From the NCBI GenBank assembly GCA_964016885.1, contig OZ024745.1:93992001-94056000 (forward strand): 64,000 nt of DNA. Reading direction: 5' to 3'. Position numbers and translations under genes: made by a program. The first letter of the stretch is position 1. Every line of letters begins with the position of its first letter. The notes under the pieces are model-generated. The model saw only the letters and a list, made by a program, of their open reading frames with translations. It made no database searches and was not told where the DNA came from. Shown here piece by piece: positions 22,488 to 35,500 of this stretch. This stretch comes from Eledone cirrhosa (Eukaryota).

Positions 22488-22695
22488 GAAAAGAGTCAGG
22501 ACTCTGACGGCTGAGTTCCAGCCGTTTCAACAGCTGGATCTGAATTAGCTGTCGAATTGGCTGTCTATCTAGCTATCGAAACGGCCGGAGCTCAGCCGTC
22601 GGGGTCCTGACTCTTTTCCTATTACCCACTCTACTACCCTAAGTATTGAGTACTCTGGTGCATTATGGTCCACCTGGTATCTTACCACACCTTTG
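22488..22695. mobile_element. Short insertion with inverted 5' segment (Penelope-like structure)
   Basis: ~55-bp inverted arms spanning 22485-22621. Flanked by 15-bp direct repeat TACATATGTATATAG (22473-22487, 22696-22710). Confidence 0.55.
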
Positions 22696-22741
22696 TACAT
22701 ATGTATATAGCTATAGCTATAGATATACATACATACGTATA

Positions 22742-22780
<39 letters not shown>

Positions 22781-22905
22781 CTATATATGTATATATATAA
22801 CTGAGTAGTTAATACCAAAATAGAATATTTGTCACTACCTCCCACACATGAAACATATATACATTATTCTTTCTCTTTTTTTACTTCATTACAAATATAT
22901 GTAAT

Positions 22906-23093
22906 TGTTTCTACTTTAGGCACAAGGCCAGCAATTACCCAGTGCATTACTGGTACTTTATTTTATCGACCCCGTAAGGATGAAAGGCAAAGTCAACCTC
23001 GGCGGGATTTGAACTCAGATCGTAAAGGGACGTAACTATGCTGGAAAGCATGGCGTCCGACTCTCTACCGATACTGCCAATCCACCGCCCTCT
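22906..23093 (-). mobile_element. SINE family 1, full length, young
   Basis: CpG-rich copy with 17-bp TSD TTACAAATATATGTAAT (22889-22905, 23094-23110). Confidence 0.92.
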
Positions 23094-23174
23094 TTACAAA
23101 TATATGTAATGTATGATTGGAACACATGTATATTTGTATGCAAGTACATATGTACTCTACATATGTATGTTGTG

Positions 23175-23490
23175 AAAATGCTTTATGGTTAGGGTATTCA
23201 GCTTATTATCATAAGGTCAAGAGTTTGATTCCTGTCAGTGCGTTGTGTCCTTGAGCAAGACACTTTATTTCACATTGCTCCAGTTCACACAGTTAGCAAA
23301 AATCAGTTATACCTGTAATTCGATGGGCCAGCCTTGTCATATTCTATGCGTTGCTAAATCTCCCTCAGAACTGTTAAGGGTATGCATGTCTGTGGAATGC
23401 TCAGCCACTTGCACATTAATTTCAGGAGCAGGTTATTCCATTGTTTGTATCAACTGGAACACTCATCGTCATAAACCGATAGTGTGCCAC
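23175..23490 (+). mobile_element. SINE family 2-type, diverged
   Basis: GAGTTTGATTCCTG..GTGTCCTTGAGCAAGACACTTTATTTCACATTGCTCCAGTTCAC. Confidence 0.75.
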
Positions 23491-23829
23491 TATATAATGT
23501 ATGCGTCTATGTATGGACTTATGTAATGTATGTATGGAATGTAAAGTATGTACATATATATGTATGAGCTCCTAACACTGCTAAAGTTTTTATTGTCAGA
23601 ACAATTAACAAACATTTTGGGAATGTTATATATGATTTTTGTCAGGCACTTGATGCCATAAAACTAGAGGCAAATACTAGAACAGGATCCATGAGGTTCA
23701 TCTATATACTTACTTGAATACTGCATACCTCCTGTAATGAAATAGATAACTGAAATTATACTTGGTGTTCTAAAAGTCAGGGAATATTTGCAGATTTAAT
23801 CTGTTGCTTGGTATTCATGCCAATCCTCA

Positions 23830-24222
23830 CATCGCGAAACCAAGCGTCCAAAATGGGGTTCCTCTGAAGGGTTTTTGGAGTAACGTTACTCAATAAAGTG
23901 CATAGCTTGGAGATCAAAGAGTCACTCCCCGTAGAGCCACTACTCTGAACTCATCACAGCTTCGATAATATGGGCATGTGGTTAGAATATCTCAGGAAAG
24001 AATCCCTGGACAGATTTTTCAAGCAAAACCAACTGGCAGGACACCCAGGAGTAGAACCTGAACAAGATGGTTGCATAACACCCATTGAACTTGGCTGGTC
24101 TCACTTAGGGATCCAGCTGGATCAGTTGGAGATGGTTGTTTCCGACAGGACCCACTGGGAGGAGTGTTTGAGGACTCTGCTCCCACAACCCTCTCAAGAA
24201 TAAGTGGACGAAGAACAAGAAG
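23830..24222 (+). mobile_element. 5'-truncated RTE LINE (family C), decayed
   Basis: Colinear with 2790-3180 and 14772-15103. Confidence 0.8.
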
Positions 24223-25850
24223 ACCCTCGGTTTAACATCTCCATCTGGTTCTTGGGTGCCTTTAGTGGAGCACACTTAGTTGCTAGTATTCAGGCTAGGT
24301 TTCTAGTTTGATGATAATCTCCTTGCTTCTGCGTACTAGCTTTGAAGGCTCTGAAAAAGGTTTACTCTTCCTCTTACTAAGCAAGGGAAAAACAAAATGG
24401 TTCTGTGAATGCAGAGGTTAATGTTTTTACTGGAATTTTTAGATTGTTGAAATCTGGTTACATTTCTCAGAGATTTGCTATCTATTCCTCTTCTACTCCA
24501 AATAAAGTGCCTTGTCCCAACAAAACCCACCAAAACACCTGCAGTAAATTTGAGTTGATTATCCATGAACTGTTAATCCTATATATTATCCATTAAGCTA
24601 TTTTATCTTGACAAATATTGATCTAACAATGAATTTGTTGTTGTTGCTTTACCCTTGTAAGGCAGGTAGTGCTGGTGCCTGGAAAAATTATACCAGACCT
24701 TGCTATAAAATGGTTGGTATGTTGCAACATTTCATTTACATCTTCCCTAAGTGAGACCCTACCTAGTCATAGCCATTAAGAAATAGCAGTCAAAATACCC
24801 TCAGATTACACCCTACCATCTTAAATAAAGAATACAAGACAGTTTCATTGTATATTGGGGTTGAACACTGAATTCTATGTACCTCAGGTTACTTCGCTGT
24901 CTGTCTCGAGTACATTATGAACTGTGCAGTTTTACATAGGTTTTATTTGTAGTTGACCTGAAGTTGACCTCTTGTTCTACTAAGAGGTCTCCATGCATCT
25001 CATGAGACCATGGATTTGCATCTAGAATGTTCCTCTCCAAGACAAATATCAGGACATGGTTTTGTTATGGAAGACCAGCAGTTGCCCGTACATGCCAGTC
25101 TTCTCTTCATATCACACACACCAATGTTGTACAGGCTGATATAACTTGGAACTGTTATCATTGCAAGACACTCAAAACATAAAGGGTTGAAAGAGATCCT
25201 GAAGTCATTATGTTCAGTACTTTAATCATTCTACTAATCCGCTATCAAGTATTGGTACTTTTATTTATGGTCATGAAAAGGATGTTAGGTAAAGTTAACT
25301 TGGGTGTGATTTGAACTGAGTGTGTATAGAACCAGAATAAATACTACTGTTGTAATGGCACTGTTAATTTATAACTTAATTTATTGTATTAGGTTTAATT
25401 AGTGGCTAATCAGGAGCTGAGCTCTTGTTGCCTAACACTCAACACAGACTGTCCACACTGTCAACACTGAATTGATGTAATCTCTGGGAAGTTACTTTTA
25501 CATAGTTTTCATTAATGACTACTAATGAAATTTTGATACTGACATTCTTGTGTCATCTAGCAGGCTTCAAACTCTTATTACCCAACCAACACTATTACTG
25601 TCACCACCCACCTGCACCACCACCAACAGCAACAGCACCACCAGCACTGCTGCCATCATCACCATTGCCACCACTGCTGCTACCACCACCATCATCACCA
25701 CCACCACCACCACCACCATCTTGGCTATGCTGCTGTCAATAATTTCCCTAATTAATTAAAAACAAATCACGCATTCCAAAAAAAGAATGAATATTCGAAC
25801 AATGAAAGTTATTCAACTTGGTACTTAATGAAACACACACACATGTATAT

Positions 25851-25881
<31 letters not shown>

Positions 25882-25994
25882 CACATACATGTATACACAT
25901 ACATGCAATCACATACACACACACATACATTCTTTCTCAGCATGCAGTGCAACTCTTATCACATTTGGCTTATCTGCAAATTCAATAACAATGA

Positions 25995-26096
<102 letters not shown>

Positions 26097-26129
26097 TATA
26101 TATAAATATATATATATATATACATACAC

Positions 26130-26445
26130 AGACTGTGACCTCTGGCGTCGCACAGTAATACAGAAAACCCGACTTCCCACGGGAACAAGCTGAAGCATAT
26201 AGACAATATGCCCCTACCCCCTCCCACTACAAAGTGGTCGTGGAGGTATCACAACAAAAAAAGCACCCAGCACTCACTGTAAATGAGGTTGGTGTTAGGA
26301 AGGGCATCCAGCTGTAGAAATCAAGCCAAAATCAGTTCCAGTATGAGCAAGACAAGGTCACCTGACCTGGCACTGCCCACAAGAGGACAACCCGTCCAAC
26401 CCATGCTAGTGTGGAAGAATGGAAGTAAAACGGTGATGATGATGA
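26130..26445 (+). mobile_element. RTE family B 3' end
   Basis: Matches the reverse complement of 52937-53300; GAT tail; adjacent to a (TA)n tract at 25997-26122. Confidence 0.85.
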
Positions 26446-26675
26446 CACACACACACACATCAAGGTATATTTAATTTGTTTAACTTTCACCAGATGCTAT
26501 TACACTAGCATTTAGAAAGGACTCGTTGGATAATGTGGTTCCAAGTGCACTATGCCTAGGAAAAATATGGTGTGGTCACTGCTGGTTTGCTTATGATTAT
26601 ATGTCAGCTCAATGAGGGTTGACCCGGGGCTAAAAAACAAAACAAACAACTGTACATTATTTCAAATCTTTTTTA

Positions 26676-26860
26676 GGGTGGTGGATTGGCAGTATCAGTA
26701 GAGTATCTTGCACATGTTTTGTAGCATAGTTATGGCCCTTTACAGTCTGAGTTCAAATCCCACCAAGGTTAACTTTGCCTTTCATCCTTATGGGATCGAT
26801 AAAATAAAGTACCAGTAATGCACTGGGATAATTGCTGGCCTTGGGCCAAAAATAGAAACA
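26676..26860 (+). mobile_element. SINE family 1
   Basis: Colinear with 16749-16935. Confidence 0.85.
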
Positions 26861-27057
26861 ATTATTTCATCTTTTATGGATGATAATGATCAACAGATTT
26901 AACTCTTAACCCATGTTTCCACAGCAGTAAGTGAATGAAACATTTGCATTTGGCAGGGATGCTGGTCTGTTCCAAGTACGTTGAATCTGTTGAAAATGAC
27001 AGGGAAAAAAAGGGACATATTTACATTAAAAGAAAGTTCTTGAGGAAAATATAGACA

Positions 27058-27420
27058 TCCTCATCATCATTTGGTTTAATGTCTTCTTTACTTGTCACAA
27101 GCATTGGACGTTTGGGTAGCCTCTTTCAAAACATCTATCCAGAGTGTTTGTTCCCAGGATAGGTTTAGGTTCAGTTTCCAGGCTTTCAGATCATCCCTGA
27201 TTACCTGTTTCCAGGTCTTATGTGGGTGCCCCCTTCCCCGTCTACCAGGGGTCACAATCTTGATACATCAATGTATCCACCCACCATCCAAGTCTTACAT
27301 GGGTGCCCCCTTCCCTGTCTACCAGGGGTCACAATCTTGGTACATCAATGTATCCACCCACCACCATGGTTCACATGTCCTAACTTCAATATGTGCACAT
27401 AGCTGTACATATTGAAGTTA
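27058..27420 (-). mobile_element. RTE 3' fragment with an internal 78-bp duplication
   Basis: Minus strand reads PGRRGRGHPHKTWKQVIRDDLK. Duplicated block at ~27215-27290 and ~27293-27365. Confidence 0.65.
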
Positions 27421-27519
27421 GATTTGGTTCTAGATTTTTTTTGACTTTGTGGCGCCTTGAGCAGGTATCTTCTACTTGAATTTGGTATGTCGCAACTTTG
27501 CAAAAGCCCCTTGTACATA

Positions 27520-27985
27520 TACACTGACACACACACTCATACTGACACACACACACTCATACTCACACACACTCATACTCATACAGACACACACACACCA
27601 CTCACATACACACTCACTCATACTCACACACACTCATACTCACTCATACACACATACTCACATACACATGCACACACTCATACTCATAATTATACTCACT
27701 AATACACACACACTCATTCACACACTCGCACTCTGACACACACATGCACACACACACACTCATACTCATAATTATACTCACTAATACACACACACACACT
27801 CACACTCTGACACACACATGCACACGCACACACATGCACACGCACGCACACACACACATATATTCATACTCATATACTCATACTCTCATACTCACACACT
27901 CATACACACACACACACACTCATACTCATACTCACACGCACTCATACTCACACAGGCACATACACACACCCTCATACTCACACAT
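27520..27985. repeat. Compound (CA)n/(CATACT)n microsatellite
   Basis: Direct inspection. Confidence 0.95.
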
Positions 27986-28224
27986 GAATATGTATGTTGT
28001 TACCTGTGTTTATGTTTACACAGGTCTGAGTAAAAGAGTTTACTTTGTATTCTTTTTTATCCTGTAACTTAGCAGTTAAACAAATGAAGTTTGATAAAAA
28101 ATATACCAGAATGAAATGTGTACTGGGGTCAATTTGATGAATTAAAACCATTAAAAGTAATGCTCCAGCATGGCCTCAGTCCAACGACTGAAACCAGTAA
28201 AAGAATGAAAGTATAATTAGATTT

Positions 28225-28940
28225 CATCATCACCACCATCACTATCATCACCATCACCACAACTGCAATCATCATCACCATCACCACAACTGCAATCATC
28301 ACCACTATCAACACCACCACCACTGCAATCATCGCCACCATCAACACCACCACCACCACCACCACCACCATCACAACCACTATCATCACCATCACAACCA
28401 CTATCATCACCATCACCACCGTCATCATCACTATTACCACTACCAACACTACTATTACCACCACCATCATCACCATCACTACCACTACCATCACCACCAC
28501 CACCATCAACACTACCATCGTCATCACTATCACTACTACCATCATCACTATCACTACCACCATCAACACTACCACCATCAACACTACCACCATCACCACC
28601 ACCATCAACACTACCACCATCATCACTACCACCATCAACACTACCACCATCATCACTACCACCATCATCACTACCACCATCATCACTACCACCATCATCA
28701 CTACCACCATCATCACTACCACCATCATCACTACCACCACCATCACTACCACCACCATCACTACCACCACCATCACTATCACTACCACCACCACCACTAT
28801 CACTATCACTACCACCACCACCACTATCACTACCATCACCACCACCACCACTATCACTACCACCACCACCACTATCACTACCATCACCACCACCACCACT
28901 ATCACTACCACTACCATTACCACCACCACCACCACCAACA
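28225..28940. repeat. Compound (CAC/CAT/TAC)n trinucleotide repeat
   Basis: Direct inspection; explains the poly-Val/Met ORF. Confidence 0.95.
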
Positions 28941-29272
28941 CAATAGTTTATCCCATTCTGGCCTGGGCTGGTCCCAGTCTATTCATCAAAAAAGTATTCT
29001 AAAACAACCACATTTAAAAATAAAGACTCTGTATGCATCCATTATATATTCCAGTTTCAGAATAGTTATATCCAATCCCTGTGTATTGTAAGAAGCAACT
29101 AAAAGGGTTGCTGTCAAACAGGGTCTCCAGCAGTGCCTCAAAATAAGGAACTATGATGAAATTGTCATGGGTCTCACATTGCTAACCTCCAATATAGAAA
29201 GGGAAAAAAAAAATGGCTTAAAAATGTTGTTTGCTTTCTTTTCCAGTTATATCTTTCACCAATATAATTTAA

Positions 29273-29331
29273 CCCTTTAGCATTTAAACTAAATACAATA
29301 GTAAATATAGAGTAATGTAAAGGCTAAAGGG
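29273..29331 (+). mobile_element. Minimal 59-bp piggyBac MITE (internal deletion)
   Basis: TTAA|CCCTTTAGCATTTA..TAAAGGCTAAAGGG|TTAA. Confidence 0.85.
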
Positions 29332-29553
29332 TTAATGGTGATAATTTTGTGCCTTTGTAAGTCGTGTCAACTTTCATCTCCATTTTGTTTGATAAAAAAA
29401 CGAATAACAAAACGTAAACAAATGAACAGAAACTAAATAATTGTTCTTTATCACATTAATGGTATTTACAATTGTGTAAATGATAGGAAATTCCCTGTAA
29501 AGTATAATCAATGCAATTAGAGAATTTTGAAATAATTTTCTGGCTGTTTTCCC

Positions 29554-30050
29554 TTCGCATCAATCGCCGTCAAGACCTCAGATATCCTCAGACCCTCTAC
29601 TGCTGAACTCCTCTGTAAAATTGGAACGTCAGGAGCCCATCCGAGGAAGGAGCCCCATGAGGTTGGGTGGTTGTTGCAGTGGCTGTCGCTGGCCATTGTC
29701 CACAGAAATGCCTTTGCAGTTTTATCTGCGGGGCACAGCTGAAATCCCGCCATGCCCTATGCTTAGAACCTATCACCCTCTTCCTTTCCCTCTCCTTTTC
29801 TTCCGTGGCCTAGTAGTCCTTGCTTTTCCCTCCTTTTCTTCTCATTTATGGCATTTATAGCGCTTTCCTCTACTTTCCTATATAGCCAGATCTACCTTTT
29901 TTTGTTACCCCTTCCCCCTCTATTCATTGTCTGCTTTTTTTAATCCTTTTTTCTTTTTCTTTCATGTTTCCATCAATATTTGTAATATTATTTATACAAC
30001 TGTGAATTGATTCATTGTCTGTAATTTTATTCTGGAAATGAACATATATA
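29554..30050 (+). mobile_element. 5'-truncated CRE-clade retrotransposon (ORF end 29554-29742 plus pyrimidine-rich 3' UTR)
   Basis: FASIAVKTSDILRPSTAELLCKIG..EPHEVGWLLQWLSLAIVHRNAFAVL* is a decayed form of the F-P-AVET-G..GP..QRLS-AI-RGNA motif. Homologous to 13561-13849. The 3' boundary is approximate. Confidence 0.7.
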
Positions 30051-30159
30051 TGCCCATTTGATTCCTTTTAATCTTTTCTGTATTTATAGATCAAGAGATT
30101 TATAGATCAGGGAAATTGCTTTCTCCTTTCACTCTGTCATTCATCTACTTCATCTTTCT

Positions 30160-30312
30160 TGTTTTGTCGACCTTGAGAAGGCATATGACAGTGTTCCTCA
30201 GGACCTGCTGTGGAAGGTTGTGCAGGAGTATGGGATTGATGGTCAGCTTCTTGCTGCCCTGATGTCTCTATACAAATGCCCGAGTATGTGTTTGGATAAA
30301 TGGTGCTAAATC
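30160..30312 (+). pseudogene. RTE reverse transcriptase fragment
   Basis: CFVDLEKAYDSVPQDLLWKVVQEYGIDGQLLAALMSLY. Confidence 0.8.
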
Positions 30313-31199
30313 GAAAAGAAAAAAGTCATTTATCTAGCCACAAAAATTTGCATCTATTGAGTACTTGTTTACATCAACTTGGCTGTGAGGAATGGTCAAC
30401 AATAACTAAACCTAAGAAGTATTTGGCCACTTTTGCCCTCACCAAACCCTCTGTGTTCTTGCTTTAGATTTTGTGTCAACCCCTGAAATTTATCATTGTT
30501 GTTGGATTGATTCCCTTTGACAACTTCTGCTCAAAAACACCTTTGTTGGTTTGATTACACTCCCTGCTGTCAATGAGGCAAACTCATCAATAATGGTGTC
30601 ATTCCAGAGACCCTCCTGGGATGGTGTAAACGGTGAGGTGAGCAGTTTCTTCTGCTTATATTTGAGGATGTTGTTGTCTCGGGTTATTGTCATTCATCTG
30701 ATTGAGATCAGAGATGAATGATCAGTTTTCATGGTTCGCTGCGAGGAAGTCGATAACAAGGGCTCCAGGTGGGTAGCTGAAAATGTGCATTAGGACTATA
30801 AAGTTAGAGCTTGAATTGTTATCTGGTCCTTGAACATATGGTGTCTACCTTTGGAATAACAACTTGATGATCTCTGTAGTGGAAACCTGTGATCGTCATG
30901 TGTGGTCAGTTTTTGTTTATGATACTATAGATTCACTAGTTAGAGCTGGCTCAGCCCTTTCTGGAGTAATGTTCCATGCTGCAAGAATTGCTGTTTAATA
31001 AGGTTTCTCTGCAGCAGAACAAATGTAGTCCCATTGAACTGTGTGGCTGTTGTTGTTAATGTGATCATGCAGATCAGTAATTGAACTATGAGGTTGTTTA
31101 AACCAGCCGTATCTGGCCAGAAATCTCTCACTTCTTTCAACTATTGTATTTATTTATATGAATAGTTTCTTAACTATAAATCATGAAAACATGGCCATT

Positions 31200-31439
31200 T
31201 AATTTTTTTCTTTAAATATAAAAGGTACGATCGACTTTCGTCAAATCGGACCGAGGTAACAATGTTTCCGTTGGTCTTTCCAATTGCTAATACTATCTAT
31301 CGGTCGCAACTCCAGGTAGAAGGAGCAACGGGAAATAAAGTGTCTTGCTCAAGGACATAACGCATCGCCTGGTCCAGGAATCGAACTCACAACCTTACGA
31401 TTGCGAATCCAATTCTCTAACCACTCAGCCACATGCCTT
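31200..31439 (-). mobile_element. SINE with family-2 tRNA head
   Basis: GAAATAAAGTGTCTTGCTCAAGGACATAACGCATCGCC..GGAATCGAACTC..CTAACCACTCAGCCAC. Confidence 0.8.
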
Positions 31440-31565
31440 CTTTAAATATAATTGAATTCATTTTAGAGTTTAAAGTTTTATAAAAATATTTTTTATTCAC
31501 TTTATTAAAAAAACAACACAATATATGAAAGTGAATATTTATTCCAAGTTGTAGGCTACAGATTT

Positions 31566-32477
31566 ACTGTATATACTTGTATATAAACTGAGAAATATTT
31601 GACCCTCCAAAAATCAATGGAAATATGGGAACAGCTTATATTCAAGGTTAATATTTTGCTGATTTTCACCAACTTCAAAATACGATGTAAATGAAGTCTT
31701 AAAATATTTTTGCTTTAGAGATGAATATTACACCGGTTTTACATGCGAGATGCATATTATACTGGTTTCACTTTTGATGTGAAATTCATATTTCCTATTG
31801 TTTTTGATGTTTTGAATGAATATGGCTTTCAAAACTGTTGGAAATTGGTAAAAGAATCCTTACATAATGGAGTTGTGAAACAAAATCTATACTTTAATCA
31901 ACACTTAAAACATTTTAGATGTCAAAACATTGAAACTTCATAAATATATTATCCACACATAAGAATTTCAAAACCGTGACATCTAAACATAATGCGTTGA
32001 TTACCTATCTCAGCTTATACACAGGGTTTGGATTTTTGCCCATTTCTCAGACATAACAAAAAAGAGTCAAGCTCTATTCAGATTGACTTATATTCCAGTA
32101 CATTTAAGTATCTAAAATTTGTATAGGGTACATGTTTTCAAGAAAGTCATTGACTATGTGACGTTTCCTGATATTTTCTATAAACCAAAGCAAACTGGGT
32201 ACTGCTCTGATTTAAAAAAAAAACACATTGGTTTGAACCAATCCAAGAGCTCAAAATGAAACTTTTATTTGTCTCACCTATTGCTAGCTGTCTGACAGAA
32301 TTTGACACCTGTCAACAAATATGAAATTATTGTGACATATATGATTGTGTATGTTGAGCACACATTCAAACACGAATTGGATAATTATATTGATTTTTGA
32401 AATTTTTCACTCTATTTTCACCCACCAAAATCAATGGGAAAGGGTGCAGTTCATTTGAACTAGAGGCCTCCAGTGGT
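31566..32477. mobile_element. Old Tc2/pogo-like non-autonomous DNA transposon remnant
   Basis: Starts TACTGTATATACTTGTATATAAACTGAG, like Tc2-type CCGTATATACTCG-GTATAAGCCGAG ends. CCAAAA(A)TCAATGG is repeated near both ends. Confidence 0.4.
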
Positions 32478-32595
32478 TTAGAAACACTTCTTTAGTAATG
32501 GCACACCAGATTGTTTCAGTTTTAATCTATGAAATATATATCATTTATACATATTGCACCTACTGCTTAGAACAGTGAATTAAACTTTGTTAGCG

Positions 32596-35500
32596 TATCT
32601 GATTATAGTTGAAAGGACTGAACCAGCTAGATATCTGTTAATAGTTGGGAGGACTGAACCAGCTAGATATCTGTTAATAGTTGGGAGGACTGAACCAGCT
32701 AGATATCTGTTTATAGTTGAAAGGACTGAACAAGCTAGATATCTGTTTATAGTTGAAAGGACTGAACCAGCTAGATATCTGTTTATAGCTGGGAGGACTG
32801 AACCAGCTAGATATCTGTTTATAGTTGAAAGGACTGAACCAGCTAGATATCTGTTAATAGTTGGGAGGACTGAACCAGCTAGATATCTGTTTATAGTTGG
32901 GAGGACTGAACCAGCTAGATATCTGTTTATAGTTGAAAGGACTGAACCAGCTAGATATCTGTTAATAGTTGAAAGGACTGAACCAGCTAGATATCTGTTT
33001 ATAGTTGGGAGGACTGAACCAGCTAGATATCTGTTTATAGTTGAAAGGACTGAACCAGCTAGATATCTGTTAATAGTTGGGAGGACTGAACCAGCTAGAT
33101 ATCTGTTTATAGTTGGGAGGACTGAACCAGCTAGATATCTGTTTATAGTTGAAATGACTGAACCAGCTAGATATCTGTTAATAGTTGAAAGGACTGAACC
33201 AGCTAGATATCTGTTTATAGTTGGGAGGACTGAACCAGCTAGATATCTGTTAATAGTTGAAAGGACTGAACCAGCTAGATATCTGTTTATAGTTGGGAGG
33301 ACTGAACCAGCTAGATATCTGTTTATAGTTGAAAGGACTGAACCAGCTAGATATCTGTTAATAGTTGAAAGGACTGAACCAGCTAGATATCTGTTTATAG
33401 TTGGGAGGACTGAACCAGCTAGATATCTGTTTATAGTTGGGAGGACTGAACCAGCTAGATATCTGTTAATAGTTGGGAGGACTGAACCAGCTAGATATCT
33501 GTTTATAGTTGGGAGGACTGAACCAGCTAGATATCTGTTAATAGTTGGGTGGACTGAACCAGCTAGATATCTGTTTATAGTTGAAAGGACTGAACCAGCT
33601 AGATATCTGTTTATAGTTGGGAGGACTGAACCAGCTAGATATCTGTTTATAGTTGGGAGGACTGAACCAGCTAGATATCTGTTAATAGTTGAAAGGACTG
33701 AACCAGTTAGATATCTGTCAATAGTTGAAAGGACTGAACCAGTTAGATATCTGTCAATAGTTGAAAGGACTGAACCAGCTAGATATCTGTTAATAGTTGG
33801 GAGGACTGAACCAGCTAGATATCTGTTAATAGTTGGGAGGACTGAACCAGCTAGATATGTTTATAGTTGAAAGGACTGAACCAGCTAGATATCTGTTTAT
33901 AGTTGGGAGGACTGAACCAGCTAGATATGTTAATAGTTGAAAGGACTGAACCAGCTAGATATCTGTTAATAGTTGAAAGGATTGAACCAGTTAGATATCT
34001 GTTAATAGTTGAAAGGACTGAACCAGCTAGATATCTGTTTATAGTTGGGAGGACTGAACCAGCTAGATATGTTTATAGTTGAAAGGACTGAACCAGCTAG
34101 ATATCTGTTTATAGTTGGGAGGACTGAACCAGCTAGATATGTTAATAGTTGAAAGGACTGAACCAGTTAGATATCTGTTAATAGTTGAAAGGACTGAACC
34201 AGTTAGATATCTGTTAATAGTTGAAAGGACTGAACCAGCTAGATATCTGTTTATAGTTGAAAGGACTGAACCAGCTAGATATCTGTTAATAGTTGAAAGG
34301 ACTGAACCAGCTAGATATCTGTTAATAGTTGAAAGGACTGAACCAGCTAGATATCTGTTAATAGTTGAAAGGACTGAACCAGCTAGATATCTGTTAATAG
34401 TTGGGAGGACTGAACCAGCTAGATATCTGTCAATAGTTGAAAGGACTGAACCAGTTAGATATCTGTTAATAGTTGGGAGGACTGAACCAGCTAGATATCT
34501 GTTTATAGTTGAAAGGACTGAACCAGCTAGATATCTGTTTATAGTTAAAAGGACTGAACCAGCTAGATATCTGTTTATAGTTAAAAGGACTGAACCAGCT
34601 AGATATCTGTTTATAGTTGAAAGGACTGAACCAGCTAGATATCTGTTTATAGTTGGGAGGACTGAACCAGCTAGATATGTTTATAGTTGGGAGGACTGAA
34701 CCAGCTAGATATGTCAATAGTTGAAAGGACTGAACCAGCTAGATATCTGTTAATAGTTCAAAGGACTGAACCAGCTAGATATCTGTTTATAGTTGAAAGA
34801 ATTGAACCAGCTAGATATCTGTTAATAGTTGAAAGGACTGAACCAGCTAGATATCTGTTAATAGTTGGGAGGACTGAACCAGCTAGATATCTGTCAATAG
34901 TTGAAAGGACTGAACCAGCTAGATATCTGTTAATAGTTGAAAGGACTGAACCAGCTAGATATCTGTTAATAGTTGAAAGGACTGAACCAGCTAGATATCT
35001 GTTAATAGTTGGGAGGACTGAACCAGCTAGATATCTGTTAATAGTTTGGAGGACTGAACCAGCTAGATATCTGTTAATAGTTGAAAGGACTGAACCAGTT
35101 AGATATCTGTCAATAGTTGAAAGGACTGAACCAGCTAGATATCTGTTTATAGTTGGGAGGACTGAACCAGCTAGATATCTGTTAATAGTTGAAAGGACTG
35201 AACCAGTTAGATATCTGTCAATAGTTGAAAGGACTGAACCAGTTAGATATCGGTCAATAGTTGAAAGGACTGAACCAGCTAGATATCTATTAATAGTTGG
35301 GAGGACTGAACCAGCTAGATAGCTGTTAATAGCTGGGAGGACTGAACCAGCTAGATATCTGTTTATAGTTGAAAGGACTGAACCAGCTAGATATCTGTTT
35401 ATAGTTGGGAGGACTGAACCAGCTAGATATCTGTTAATAGTTGGGAGGACTGAACCAGCTAGATATGTTTATAGTTGAAAGGACTGAACCAGCTAGATAT

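Noticed and set aside
23600-23717. Possible gasdermin exon 2: TTGTCAG| then R-TINKHFGNVIYDFCQ..FIYILT*
   Set aside because: The phase fits and RTIN echoes GSDME, but the rest does not align, it stops after 38 codons and it has no good donor. Worth one look in RNA-seq.
28129-28941. 270-aa Val/Met-rich ORF and other His/Thr or Tyr/Ile ORFs
   Set aside because: These are translations of microsatellites.
30480-31010. Possible decayed LINE endonuclease on the minus strand (ILAAWNIT-PER)
   Set aside because: Only one short motif is recognisable, too little to call.
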